Assembly (NCBI GenBank): GCA_044232745.1
Contig: JBIILI010000003.1
Coordinates: forward strand, 92,259 to 156,258
Source: Candidatus Planktophila sp.
Lineage (GTDB): Bacteria; Actinomycetota; Actinomycetes; Nanopelagicales; Nanopelagicaceae
Reading direction: 5' to 3'
Length of the DNA stretch: 64,000 bases
Shown here: piece by piece, positions 40,716-50,849 of the stretch
Position numbering within the stretch: position 1 is the first letter of the stretch
How the letters are laid out: every line of letters starts with the position of its first letter
Made by a program: the position numbers and the translations under genes
Notes under the pieces: model-generated
The model's database searches: none
The model's input: only the letters and a program-made list of their open reading frames with translations
What the model was told of the DNA's origin: nothing

Positions 40716-41734
40716 GTCCACGCGAATACGATGAATCAGATGCGCGAATTCGCCCATCACGTAGCACTCGCCCGCGTAGTAAAGATCGCCCATCACACAA
40801 TGATGCGATTTTAGCATTAGTAACAACAGTAGATCGCGGTCGACAAACATGTATCACCGATGACGGAACCATTGTTACGGCAATGCGTGCCCGCGAACTT
40901 GGTCCAAAGTCAGTTGTCACAGGTGACAATGTTTCTATTGTTGGCGATGTAACTGGATCAGAGGGATCACTTGCACGCATCGTTGCGGTTCAAGATCGTC
41001 GTAATTCATTAAGTCGCACAATTGATGATGCAGCACAGGTAGAACGAACTATCGTTGCAAATATCGATCAGTTAGTAATTGTTGTAGCAGCTGCAAACCC
41101 AGAACCTCGTCGTGGACTTATCGATCGTTTTCTTGTCTCTGCTTTTACCGAAGGAATCATTCCAAAAATTGTTGTTACCAAAACAGACATCAGCGAAGTT
41201 CCACCGTTTCTTGCCGAGTATGCGGATTTGGATGTTGAAATCATTCACACCGCGATTAAGAGCGATTCAAGAGCTAAAGATTTAGCAAAGTTACATCAAG
41301 TTCTTGAGGGCAAAATATCTGTTTTAGTTGGTCATTCTGGTGTTGGTAAATCAACCCTGATTAACGCACTTGTTCCAGCAGCAGATCGTGTTACTGGTGA
41401 TGTGAATGAAGCAACAGGTCGCGGCCGACATACTTCTTCGAGTGCAATCGCTTTGCCACTTGTAGATAGCGATGGCTGGATTATTGATACCCCTGGTATT
41501 CGTGCATTTGGACTAAGTCACATAGATAACCAGCGAATAGTTGATGCCTTTAGTGATTTATCTGAAGTTGCCGCAAACTGCCTTTCCAACTGCTCTCACT
41601 CTGAAAGCTCATGCAGCTTAGATGCCTGGGCAAGCCCTGATGGGGTTGCTAATCCCCATCGAATTGCACGCCTGGCAAGCCTTAGATCATTGTTGGCTGT
41701 CAAGGATTCCCCTGCACCAGCAGTCGAGGATTAA
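40712..41734 (+). CDS. rsgA: Ribosome small subunit-dependent GTPase RsgA
   Basis: VTKTD, GHSGVGKSTLIN, GRGRHT, IDTPG, C..NCSH...C; ATGA overlap with aroA. Confidence 0.94.
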   Translation: MSPREYDESDARIRPSRSTRPRSKDRPSHNDAILALVTTVDRGRQTCITDDGTIVTAMRARELGPKSVVTGDNVSIVGDVTGSEGSLARIVAVQDRRNSLSRTIDDAAQVERTIVANIDQLVIVVAAANPEPRRGLIDRFLVSAFTEGIIPKIVVTKTDISEVPPFLAEYADLDVEIIHTAIKSDSRAKDLAKLHQVLEGKISVLVGHSGVGKSTLINALVPAADRVTGDVNEATGRGRHTSSSAIALPLVDSDGWIIDTPGIRAFGLSHIDNQRIVDAFSDLSEVAANCLSNCSHSESSCSLDAWASPDGVANPHRIARLASLRSLLAVKDSPAPAVED

Positions 41735-41832
41735 TCTCACATTTTATTCGGGCTCACCTCCCTTTTAGGCAGGGCAACAACTCGCTTTTTCAGGCAGGGC
41801 TAGCAAGAGCGACGCAATAGACTTGCTTCATT

Positions 41833-42708
41833 ATGAGCGCTGATTTGAATTCATTTGATCTACTTGATGATCTAGCACTCGCTCATGCTTTAGCTGATCT
41901 TGCAGATGCAATTAGCCTCGATCGTTATCAGGCCCAAGATTTAGTTATAACAACTAAACCCGATAACACCCCGGTAACTGATGCCGACCGCGCAGTTGAA
42001 ACAGCAATCCGCGAAGCGTTAGCAACGCATCGCCAAACAGATGGATTGGTCGGGGAAGAGTTTGGCAGCGATAAAGGTACATCTGGTCGCTATTGGGTAA
42101 TTGATCCAATCGATGGAACCAAAAACTTTATGCGCGGAGTTCCAACGTGGGCAACATTGATTGCACTCGTTCAGGTTGATTCAGCAGGTATTGAAGAAGT
42201 TGTTATTGGAATTGCTAGCGCACCGGCACTGGCTCGTCGTTGGTCTGCTGCAAAGGGCCACGGAGCAAGTGTGCGCTTTAGCGGTGGAATTTCAGATTCT
42301 TCCCTAATTGAGTTAGAAGAAGATGATTTTGATGGCTCCGAATATGGGATTAATGAGAAAAAGATTGCAGTATCAAAGGTCGCATCTCTTAGTGATGCCT
42401 CAATTTCATATTCAGATTTTGTTGGTTGGGGAGATCGCCTAGAGCCATTCCAAATAATGCTTGCTAACGCTTGGCGCACACGAGGTATTGGTGACTTTTG
42501 GTCGCACATGTTGGTCGCAGAAGGCGCAGTTGACGTTGCAATAGAACCATCTCTTGCGCTGTGGGATATGGCAGCACTTGACATCATTGTTCGAGAAGCT
42601 GGTGGAACATTTACAAATACTGCAGGCCGGACAGGACCTTTTGGTGGCAGTGGAGTTTCGACAAACGGATTGCTGCACAACGCAGTAATCAACGGGCTTA
42701 ACCCATAA
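41833..42708 (+). CDS. hisN: Histidinol-phosphate phosphatase (IMPase family)
   Basis: KPDNTPVTDAD, GEE, WVIDPIDGTKNF, WDMAA..IIVREAGG. Confidence 0.88.
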   Translation: MSADLNSFDLLDDLALAHALADLADAISLDRYQAQDLVITTKPDNTPVTDADRAVETAIREALATHRQTDGLVGEEFGSDKGTSGRYWVIDPIDGTKNFMRGVPTWATLIALVQVDSAGIEEVVIGIASAPALARRWSAAKGHGASVRFSGGISDSSLIELEEDDFDGSEYGINEKKIAVSKVASLSDASISYSDFVGWGDRLEPFQIMLANAWRTRGIGDFWSHMLVAEGAVDVAIEPSLALWDMAALDIIVREAGGTFTNTAGRTGPFGGSGVSTNGLLHNAVINGLNP

Positions 42709-42743
42709 GAATAAATGAGAGTTACTAGAGAAAAAGGTCGACG

Positions 42744-45020
42744 ATGAGCCAACTACTTGAGCCGGTGACACTTTCGGTGCAGGGTATGACCTGTTCTTCC
42801 TGCGTTAACTCAGTTGAAAAGGCGCTCAACAAGGTTGAAGGGGTAAGTGCGACTATCAACTTTGCAACCGAGACGGCGCACATTTTGGCACCGGCAGATA
42901 TGAGTCCTAAGGATTTAATCAAGATTGTAGAAAAAGCAGGGTATTCAGCAACGCTATTGGTGGATGCTCAATTGGTAACGCTGCACAGTAAGAAATCTGC
43001 TCGCGCATTTTTCTTCGCATTTATCTTTGCCGTACCGGCTGTTGCGATCTCAATGATTATGAGTTGGCATCACCAGGTTGATATGTGGGTTCATCAGATT
43101 TTGGACAACTTTGGGTTGCCTCATCCTCTGTATTCACCAACTGCCTGGGTAGTTATTGCACTCAGTGCCCCCGTTGTGTTGCTCGTTGCATATCCAATTC
43201 ATAAGGCTGCCATTAGAAACATCATGCACCCAACTATGGACAACTTAATTTCAATGGGTTCATTGGCTGCCTTTGGTTGGTCTATTTATGCAAACTCAAC
43301 AGGTGCTGGTGAGGTGTATACAGAAGTTGCTGCTGGCGTTATTTTCTTTGTAATTTTAGGTCGCTACTTAGAAACTCGAGCAAAGGCAAAAGCCAGCAGC
43401 GCATTGACATCTTTATTAGCCCTTGGTAGCAAAGAGGTAACTATTGTCCGCGGGGGATTCCCGCTCATTGTTCCGATCGAACAATTGCAAATTGGCGATG
43501 AATTCGAAGTACGTCCAGGAGACCGCATTGCAACTGATGGAATCGTGGTTAAAGGTGAATCTGCAGTAGATAACTCAATGTTAACTGGTGAAACAAAACC
43601 TGTTGATGTTCGTCCAGGATCTGCAGTAATTGGCGCATCAATAAATCACAATGGTCGTTTGATTGTTCGCGCGACACGAGTTGGCAGCGATACTGAACTT
43701 GCTCGAATCACTGCGATGGTTATCAGTGCTCAAGGAACTAAGGCACCTATTCAGCGCCTCGCCGATCGTATTAGCGCTGTCTTTGTTCCAATTGTTACCG
43801 TACTTGCAATTGGAACCTTCGCCGGCTGGTACTTCACTGGCTCAACACTTACTAAATCTATTTCAATCGCAATAACTGTTTTAGTTATTGCTTGCCCATG
43901 CGCACTTGGATTAGCCACACCAGTTGCCCTACTTGTTGCATCCGGCCGTGGAGCAGCACGGGGCATTGTTTTGCGCGAACCACGAGTATTAGAAGTTGCT
44001 CGCAATGTTGATGTAGTTCTATTTGATAAGACTGGCACATTGACCGAAGGCGTAATGCTTGTTCAGGAAGCAACAATTTCTACAGTTGCAGGTGGAGTTC
44101 TAGGTCGTTCCTTCGCCGAAATCGTGACCCCTGACAACATACTTGCATCAGCTGGTGCTATTGAATCCCAGAATAATCACCCGATTGCACTTTCAATTAC
44201 TAAGTACGCACTTGCACATGCGAACTCAGCTGGGGGAACTTTTGCGGCATCTTCACGCCCAACCTTTGCCGTCTCTGATTTTTCGGTAACTCCAGGATCT
44301 GGTGCAGCTGGTCGTGTTTCAATTGGCAGCCAATCACCAGTTGTTCTTATTGGTTCACCTGCTGCAGTTGCACATAGCTCTACCGAATTCCACGCGGACA
44401 TTAAATCTGCAATTGAACGCGGACAAACTGCCGGATTAACTCTGGCAGTTCTAGCTTGGGATGGTGTGGCAATTGCAGTCTTTGCTATTGGCGATCAACT
44501 TAAAGCAGATGCCGCCGTTACCGTTGCCGCACTTCGCGACATGGGAATTACTCCTTGGCTTGTAACGGGGGACAGCACCGAAGTTGCCGCATCAGTTGCA
44601 ACAACTGTCGGAATTGATGCCGCACATGTCGTTTCACATGCCTTGCCAGAAACAAAACTTGAAATTGTTGAACGCATGAAGAGTGAAGGTCACACAGTGT
44701 TGATGATCGGAGATGGCATCAATGACGCCGCCGCACTTACCGCGGCAGATTTATCAATGGCCATGGGAACCGGAACAGATACTGCGATCAATAGCGCCGA
44801 CATAACTTTGATGAACACAGGACTTGGCAGCGTTATTTCAGCGCTGAAACTCTCCAAGAAGACCTTAAAAATCATCCGCTTAAACATGGGATGGGCCTTT
44901 GTTTACAACGTAATCGGGATACCGATTGCAGCGGCCGGATTGTTATCGCCGTTGTATGCAGCTGCTGCGATGGCGGCCAGCAGCGTCTTAGTTGTTACTA
45001 ATTCACTTCGGATTAAATAA
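42744..45020 (+). CDS. copA: P1B-type heavy-metal (Cu+) translocating ATPase
   Basis: HMA GMTCSSC, TGE, CPC, DKTGT, GDGIND, YN and MAASS signatures of P1B-1 pumps. Confidence 0.9.
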   Translation: MSQLLEPVTLSVQGMTCSSCVNSVEKALNKVEGVSATINFATETAHILAPADMSPKDLIKIVEKAGYSATLLVDAQLVTLHSKKSARAFFFAFIFAVPAVAISMIMSWHHQVDMWVHQILDNFGLPHPLYSPTAWVVIALSAPVVLLVAYPIHKAAIRNIMHPTMDNLISMGSLAAFGWSIYANSTGAGEVYTEVAAGVIFFVILGRYLETRAKAKASSALTSLLALGSKEVTIVRGGFPLIVPIEQLQIGDEFEVRPGDRIATDGIVVKGESAVDNSMLTGETKPVDVRPGSAVIGASINHNGRLIVRATRVGSDTELARITAMVISAQGTKAPIQRLADRISAVFVPIVTVLAIGTFAGWYFTGSTLTKSISIAITVLVIACPCALGLATPVALLVASGRGAARGIVLREPRVLEVARNVDVVLFDKTGTLTEGVMLVQEATISTVAGGVLGRSFAEIVTPDNILASAGAIESQNNHPIALSITKYALAHANSAGGTFAASSRPTFAVSDFSVTPGSGAAGRVSIGSQSPVVLIGSPAAVAHSSTEFHADIKSAIERGQTAGLTLAVLAWDGVAIAVFAIGDQLKADAAVTVAALRDMGITPWLVTGDSTEVAASVATTVGIDAAHVVSHALPETKLEIVERMKSEGHTVLMIGDGINDAAALTAADLSMAMGTGTDTAINSADITLMNTGLGSVISALKLSKKTLKIIRLNMGWAFVYNVIGIPIAAAGLLSPLYAAAAMAASSVLVVTNSLRIK

Positions 45021-45033
45021 GAAGTAAGGAAAG

Positions 45034-45064
45034 CAAAAGGGCCCTCTTTCGAGGACCCTTTTTG
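45034..45064. terminator. Bidirectional intrinsic terminator between copA and tRNA
   Basis: CAAAAGGG-C-CCTC-TTTC-GAGG-A-CCCTTTTTG. Confidence 0.8.
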
Positions 45065-45076
45065 TACTTGTATATC

Positions 45077-45153
<77 letters not shown>

Positions 45154-45204
45154 TCGGTGAAGCAATCTTAGGCGTACTAATAGATAAAGACCAAATCCCC
45201 GTAT

Positions 45205-48057
45205 CTACTTTTTGCTTTGTGCATTGATTGCAGCATCAAGTGCTGACTTCAATCGCTTTTGAGCCTTGTCATATTCAGCAAAGTCTCCCTTTGCTAGTGC
45301 GGCTAATCCATCGGCGTATGCCTTCTTTGCACTTGCAAGTGAGTTAGCAAGAGAAGAATTTGTGGTTGTTCCAGTTGTGCCGTTACTTGTTGTATTGCCG
45401 GCATTAGTTCCAGAGTTACCACCAAATACTTGATCCAAAGCACCCTTTAGAGTGTCGTCATATCCAATTTGATCTCCGAAGGAAACAAGCACCTTTTGAA
45501 GCAACGGGTATGCAGATGTATTTGAAGTTGCCTTTACATACACAGGTTGTACATAGAGCAATCCTCCGCCAACAGGCAGTGTCAACAAATTACCAAGCAC
45601 AACATCAGATCCACCACGACGCAGAAGTGATAACGAGTTAGCGACATCAGGCTTTGCTTCAAAGTTAGATGCAACTTGTGAAGGTCCTGCGATGTTTGTA
45701 TTACGTGGAAGTTGCAGCACAGTGATCTTTCCATAATCCGGACCTGGATCTGAATTGACTACTGCAAAGGCTGAAAGGTTTTCACGTCCTCCACGAGGCA
45801 CGAACGGAGTTGTAAGTGAGAAGGAAGGAGTTTTTGCTCCTGGCATTTGTAATGTTAAATAGTAAGGAGGCTGAGCAGATGCTCCGCCACCAAAGGTTGA
45901 TGGATCACGTGGCACACGCCAGAAATCTTGTCCACCATAGAAGGCCGCTGCAGTCTTGACGTGATAAGAACTTAAAATATCGCGCTGGACTCTAAACATA
46001 TCTTCGGGATAACGGATGTGGTCAAGTAAATCCTTTGAGATTTCACTCTTTGGAGTAATTGCGCCAGGAAATGCCTTAGACCAAGTCTTTAGGACTGGGT
46101 CCTTTTCATCCCACTGGTACAAGGTCACTGTTCCGTTGTATGCATCAACTGTCGCTTTTACAGAGTTACGAATGTAATTAACAGTTCTATTGCTCTGTGC
46201 AGCAATAGATGCAGAATTAGTTGTAAGTGCATCGGCAGTTGCATTTGAAAGTGTTGTTTGACGTGAATATGGATAGCCAGCACTTGTCGTGTAGCCATCG
46301 ACGATCCACAATATCTTGCCATCTACGAGAGCAGGATATGGATCTCCATCCAGGGTGAGCCATGGAGCAACCTTTGCAACGCGAGCACGAGGATTTCGTT
46401 CAAAGAGAATCTTGGAATCCTTGTTGATCAATGAAGACAGAAGAATGCGCTGCTCTTGGTACTTCAGAGCAAAGACAAGCTTGTTGAGCAATGAACCCAC
46501 TGGAACTCCACCCGATCCAGAGTATGTGTAGTTCTTTTGGCCATTTGCTGAAGCATCATCTGGATAATCAAACTCAACTGGATCATCTGTCTTTACTCCA
46601 CCAATAATTGAGTAATCAGGAACATTTTCACCAAAGTAAACACGTGGTTCAAATTTTCCAAGTGTTCCTGTTGGTGGAAGATTTCCGACAGTAAATGATG
46701 GCTTTCCATCAGCATCTCGCTCATTTCCATATGCTGCAACAAAGCCAAAACCATGCGTGTAGACAAGGTGGTCGTTGATCCAGTTTCGAGATGGATTTCC
46801 TTGGATATTTAATTCGCGAACTGCAACAACCACATCGCGCTTAACACCATTGACGGTGTAACGATCCACATCTAGTGATTCAGGGAAGCTGTAGTACGGG
46901 CGAATTTGCTGGAGCTGTCTAAAGGTTGGGGAGAGCACATTTGGATCCATCAAACGAATATTTGCAATTGTTGCTGCATCATTTGCAAGCTGGCCACTAG
47001 AAGTTGAAAGAGTGGCCTGATAATCAGTTACGGTCACATCTTCTAGGCCGTATGCAGCACGAGTAGATTCGATATTGCGTTGAATAAATGGTGCTTCTTT
47101 TGAGGATTCGCTTGGCTTAACTTGAAAGTTCTGAATTGCTGCTGGGTACAGACCTGCAATTAGTACAGATGAGATAACAAGCAGCGCGGTTCCGGCAGCA
47201 GGCAGAACCCACGAACGGCGAAAAATATTTGCAAAGAACAAGAGCGCACAGACAATTGCGATTCCAGCCAGGATTGCTTTGGCTGGCAGCACTGCATTGA
47301 CATCTGTGTATGTCAGACCTGTAATGATCTTGCTTTCCTTCAGCGCTAAAGCGTAACGATCAAACCAGTAGGCAACCGCCTTGAGTAGAACTACGGCACC
47401 CAATAAAATCGAAAGCTGCAGACGTGCAGCAACTGTTGTTCGATCTTCTTGAACCTGCAGGCGAATTCCGCCATATAAATAGTGGACTGCGACCGAGGCA
47501 ATTGTTGCCAAGACCAAAGTTGAAATTCCCCAACCAATGAGGGTTTGCCAGAATGGAAGACGGAAGGCAAAAAAGGAAATATCCATATTGAACTGTGGAT
47601 CTTTCACGCCAAAATCTGTTGAGTTCTTAAAGAGCAACCATGAGCTCCATAATGTTGATCCCGATGTTCCTGCAAAATAAAATAGCGCTACAAATCCACC
47701 AATAAACAAACTACGACGAATTGGCTCAACTTGTGAGCGATAACGTTCAAGATTATCTGCTTCGACTGTCATTGGTACATAAAGCGGGCGGCGCTTGTAT
47801 GCGATCCACACATTTGCTACAACAATTGATGAGGTCAATAAACCTGTCACAAAAAATAGCAAGATCTTTGTACCAAGAATGGTTGACCATGTGCTTGTGA
47901 AATCTACGGACTTAAACCACAACCAGTCTGCATAGAAACCACTGAGTGCAGTAAAGAGCGCTCCGATGATTACAAGAATTCCGATAGTCAGAGCCAATGG
48001 GCTCTTTCGTCCACGGATTTTAAAAGCTGGGCGTTGGAACTGGGGGTTATTGGTCAT
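45205..48057 (-). CDS. UPF0182 family membrane protein
   Basis: YADWLWF, DPQFNMDISFF, HLVYTHG.G, P.VYFGE, PWLTLDGDPYP, NYIRNSVKA.VDAY.G. Confidence 0.94.
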   Translation of the reverse strand: MTNNPQFQRPAFKIRGRKSPLALTIGILVIIGALFTALSGFYADWLWFKSVDFTSTWSTILGTKILLFFVTGLLTSSIVVANVWIAYKRRPLYVPMTVEADNLERYRSQVEPIRRSLFIGGFVALFYFAGTSGSTLWSSWLLFKNSTDFGVKDPQFNMDISFFAFRLPFWQTLIGWGISTLVLATIASVAVHYLYGGIRLQVQEDRTTVAARLQLSILLGAVVLLKAVAYWFDRYALALKESKIITGLTYTDVNAVLPAKAILAGIAIVCALLFFANIFRRSWVLPAAGTALLVISSVLIAGLYPAAIQNFQVKPSESSKEAPFIQRNIESTRAAYGLEDVTVTDYQATLSTSSGQLANDAATIANIRLMDPNVLSPTFRQLQQIRPYYSFPESLDVDRYTVNGVKRDVVVAVRELNIQGNPSRNWINDHLVYTHGFGFVAAYGNERDADGKPSFTVGNLPPTGTLGKFEPRVYFGENVPDYSIIGGVKTDDPVEFDYPDDASANGQKNYTYSGSGGVPVGSLLNKLVFALKYQEQRILLSSLINKDSKILFERNPRARVAKVAPWLTLDGDPYPALVDGKILWIVDGYTTSAGYPYSRQTTLSNATADALTTNSASIAAQSNRTVNYIRNSVKATVDAYNGTVTLYQWDEKDPVLKTWSKAFPGAITPKSEISKDLLDHIRYPEDMFRVQRDILSSYHVKTAAAFYGGQDFWRVPRDPSTFGGGASAQPPYYLTLQMPGAKTPSFSLTTPFVPRGGRENLSAFAVVNSDPGPDYGKITVLQLPRNTNIAGPSQVASNFEAKPDVANSLSLLRRGGSDVVLGNLLTLPVGGGLLYVQPVYVKATSNTSAYPLLQKVLVSFGDQIGYDDTLKGALDQVFGGNSGTNAGNTTSNGTTGTTTNSSLANSLASAKKAYADGLAALAKGDFAEYDKAQKRLKSALDAAINAQSKK

Positions 48058-48101
48058 GGGGCAAAACTATCGCAAGGGGAATAGGGCTACCAATTCAATT
48101 G

Positions 48102-48232
48102 TCACGATTTGAATCTAGGCGCTGTCTGACTAGTTATCTCTTGCCTGTTATCGCTTGCCTGGATAGCCAATTGCGCCTGCCAGAGCTGTTGAATACCTCT
48201 AGACAGGGCTGATTGATTCTCAGAAATCGTGA
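48102..48232. ncRNA. Candidate rod-like structured RNA (131 nt)
   Basis: Nested inverted repeats TCACGATTT/AAATCGTGA, GAATC/GATTC, GGC-CTGTCT/AGACAG-GCT, CTCT/AGAG around an unpaired bubble. Confidence 0.5.
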
Positions 48233-48263
48233 AGGTTTGTTGCAGCGCCTTGATACTTGCGAA

Positions 48264-49073
48264 TTATTTGCGTGTGCGTTCGAGGTAAGAAATTGCCTGG
48301 GCCAAGGTTGCAACAGTTATGACCCTAATCCCTTTGGGAGTATTGGCAATCTCCTCAGCGTTTCCAACTGGAGCAAAGAAGATAGATGCTCCAACCTTTT
48401 TAGCCGAAAGAATCTTCTCGTTGATACCACCAATCGGTCCAACGACACCGCGACTATCGATAGTTCCAGTTCCTGCAATATGGCGTCCCTGCATCAAATC
48501 TTTCTCGGTCAATAATTCAACAAGACCAATAGAAAACACAAGGCCACCGCTAGGTCCACCTGTTTGAGACACTTTAAATGTAATTTTCTTTCCATCGAGT
48601 GCATCTGCTCGGCGTTGTGCAATGACTGAAGCAGGAGCAACCAAAGTTTTTGTCTCGGTATTTACAGGAGCCATGACTTCGGGATGCGATTGCAAGTAAT
48701 TAATCGCTGCTGATATCGCCTTATCTTGAGAGCCAACCATGTCGGCCTTTGCTTGCTTATTTTCCTCTTGTGTACTTGTGCCTGGGGGATAGATTGCAGA
48801 CTTTGGATAAACAGCTCGTTCTGAACTGATCCATGAGTAAATGAGTTCAGGCCCAAATATCCACGTATCTGGATTTGTAACGCGGATAGACATCAAATCT
48901 ATTCGCCCAGTCGCTGGGTAATTTTCCAGACCTTTGATTGTGATTACACCCTTAAATATATTTTGTGCTTGCCCGGGCAACACAATTGCAAAAGGCAAAG
49001 GAGCAATAGTTGCTAGTACAAAAAATAAACCTAGAGTCGCAGTAACGACTTTAGGAAGGGGTGAAAATCGCAC
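48264..49073 (-). CDS. YlbL-like Lon (S16) protease domain protein, PDZ domain apparently absent
   Basis: N-terminal TM, GRIDLMSIRV, TGGPSGGL (Ser), AGTGTID, GPIGGINEK (Lys). Confidence 0.87.
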   Translation of the reverse strand: MRFSPLPKVVTATLGLFFVLATIAPLPFAIVLPGQAQNIFKGVITIKGLENYPATGRIDLMSIRVTNPDTWIFGPELIYSWISSERAVYPKSAIYPPGTSTQEENKQAKADMVGSQDKAISAAINYLQSHPEVMAPVNTETKTLVAPASVIAQRRADALDGKKITFKVSQTGGPSGGLVFSIGLVELLTEKDLMQGRHIAGTGTIDSRGVVGPIGGINEKILSAKKVGASIFFAPVGNAEEIANTPKGIRVITVATLAQAISYLERTRK

Positions 49074-49086
49074 AGCAACTCTGAAA

Positions 49087-49392
49087 CTAGTTTGCGTCCG
49101 GACGGATCACTGAAATACGTGAAGGCTTTTGTGAAGAGGGCGCTGGGTTGTCAGTATTTTCTGCTGCATCATTTAGCATCTCTTCATCCCCAACAACTAA
49201 ATCTCCAGCTACATCGCGGGCTTGTGAATCACGAAGAGAATCCTGAAAACGCTGAAACTGCCCAACAGAGCGTTGAGTCTCTTGCTGAAACTTTCCTTGA
49301 AACTTCGAGACCCACGTGACATAGCCAAGTGCACCAATTAATCCCATAGCGGGCACAACCCACCAGATGAGAGCTGAGAATGCGTTGGACAT
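49087..49392 (-). CDS. Small membrane-anchored hypothetical protein
   Basis: N-terminal TM (WWVVP) then polar tail; TACAGT 6 nt before ATG. Confidence 0.7.
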   Translation of the reverse strand: MSNAFSALIWWVVPAMGLIGALGYVTWVSKFQGKFQQETQRSVGQFQRFQDSLRDSQARDVAGDLVVGDEEMLNDAAENTDNPAPSSQKPSRISVIRPDAN

Positions 49393-49473
49393 GTCCCTAC
49401 TGTACTAGTTTGCGAAGGTCGCGGCACAGTGAGCATGGCCTACTCACCATGTGCAAAAAACTCTGATTAAAGT

Positions 49474-49499
49474 GGAATTAAACGACCTGCGAAATTGTT
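49474..49499 (+). promoter_or_regulatory. SigR/SigH-type promoter of the DUF2342 gene
   Basis: GGAAT-N18-GTT exact match; the predicted start site lies just before RBS GGGAGG. Confidence 0.7.
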
Positions 49500-49521
49500 C
49501 CAATGCTGGGAGGATTCAACT

Positions 49522-50829
49522 ATGACGCCATTTGGTTTCAATCCAGGAGATTCAGAGGACTCTAACGAGCCAGTTGATTTTGCTGCCATGATGGAACAGA
49601 TGCAACGACAGATTCAAGAACAATTTTCAAAGCTTGGAATAAATGGTCCTGGGTTTACTGGATCATCTGAGCCACTACCTAAAAACATTGTTAGGGACAC
49701 CGCAAAGAAATTCACAACTGCGCAAGGCTCTTCTCCAGTTAGCGCCAATGATGTTTCAGAGATTGAACAAGCATTGTCGATTGCAGAGCTCTGGCTTGAT
49801 GAAGCAACTTTTTTCCCGAAGTCTCCAAACACCGGAAATGTTGCCCTAGCACGCACCGACTGGGTTGATACGACTTTGCCGGGATGGCAAACATCGGTTG
49901 AACCATTGGCGCTGGGTTTGTCGTCAGCGATTGGTGAATTATTAAACCAAGCTTCAATTGGCGAAGGCGAAGGCTCTGAAACTCCTGCAGATGAACAATC
50001 TGAGATGCAGATTCCGGTGGGGATGATTTCAGCGCTTCTAAACTCATTTATAGGTTCTCTTGTTGCAACTCAGTTGGGACAAGCGATTGGCTTGCTATCA
50101 GGAAAGGTCACTGGTGCTCATGATGTGGGCCTTCCGCTTGTTGATTCTGCATATCCAACACTGGTTCCACAAAACATTAGGGAATGGGCTATAGATTTAG
50201 ATATTCCAATGGATGAGGTTCGAATCTTCCATGCATTACGAGAAGCTGCAGTTGCACGTTTATTTGCACACAATCCGTGGCTCGTGTCATATATCCGAAC
50301 CGCAATTACTGAATACGGTAAGGGAATCAATATTGATTTGGATGCTATTCAAGATCAAGCGCAACGAGCATTTGAATCTGGCAACGGATTTGATCCTTCA
50401 AACCCAGAAAGCTTCAGTATCGCTCTCAATGAAGGAATCTTTACTCCTCAAGAATCACCGGCACAGCGCGCTGCCTTAACTAAATTGGAAACGGTGTTGG
50501 CACTAATTGACGGTTGGAGTGAAGAGGTCGTTGCAATGGCTGCAGGGGATCGATTGCCAAACATCGCTGCACTTCAAGAAACTCTGCGCCGACGTCGTGC
50601 AACTTCTGCACCAGCACAACAGTTATTTTCTTCAATGCTTGGATTACAAGTTTCTCCGCGACTTGCCCGGGAAGCAACTGTGTTTTGGAGAAAAGTTTGT
50701 GAACTTAAAGATGTTGAATCACGCGATCGAATCTGGAGTGGAATTCTTCCCACCGCCGAAGATTTGTTGACACCTGAGAGTTTTGTGAAGAGCTTAGAGA
50801 TTCCTGATGACTTGTCGGGATTGATCTAA
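49522..50829 (+). CDS. Zinc-dependent metalloprotease-like protein (DUF2342 family)
   Basis: R.DWVDTTL, ALREAA..RLF.H.PWL, LETVLALIDGW, RRRRAT, LGLQVSP; start ATG 49522. Confidence 0.88.
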   Translation: MTPFGFNPGDSEDSNEPVDFAAMMEQMQRQIQEQFSKLGINGPGFTGSSEPLPKNIVRDTAKKFTTAQGSSPVSANDVSEIEQALSIAELWLDEATFFPKSPNTGNVALARTDWVDTTLPGWQTSVEPLALGLSSAIGELLNQASIGEGEGSETPADEQSEMQIPVGMISALLNSFIGSLVATQLGQAIGLLSGKVTGAHDVGLPLVDSAYPTLVPQNIREWAIDLDIPMDEVRIFHALREAAVARLFAHNPWLVSYIRTAITEYGKGINIDLDAIQDQAQRAFESGNGFDPSNPESFSIALNEGIFTPQESPAQRAALTKLETVLALIDGWSEEVVAMAAGDRLPNIAALQETLRRRRATSAPAQQLFSSMLGLQVSPRLAREATVFWRKVCELKDVESRDRIWSGILPTAEDLLTPESFVKSLEIPDDLSGLI

Positions 50830-50849
50830 TTCATCCAACTTTAACTTGG

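Noticed and set aside
41770-41806. AGGCAGGGC direct repeat before hisN
   Set aside because: Only two 9-bp copies with no recognisable consensus; insufficient support
42171-42752. 193-aa antisense ORF over hisN, and similar shadow ORFs over phoH, mmsA, aroA, uvrD2, adnB and kgd
   Set aside because: They lie antisense to well-supported genes, have no motifs, and are expected from codon bias
48102-48263. 53 open codons in frame after the Lon-like gene stop (possible read-through or a PPA1309-type remnant)
   Set aside because: No ATG/GTG start or RBS; an open frame this long is not rare by chance, and the hairpin explains the region better
49421-49454. Hairpin GCACA-GTGAG...CTCAC-CA-TGTGC between divergent promoters
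   Set aside because: Short, with no promoter or terminator context; cannot be separated from chance or a DNA operator
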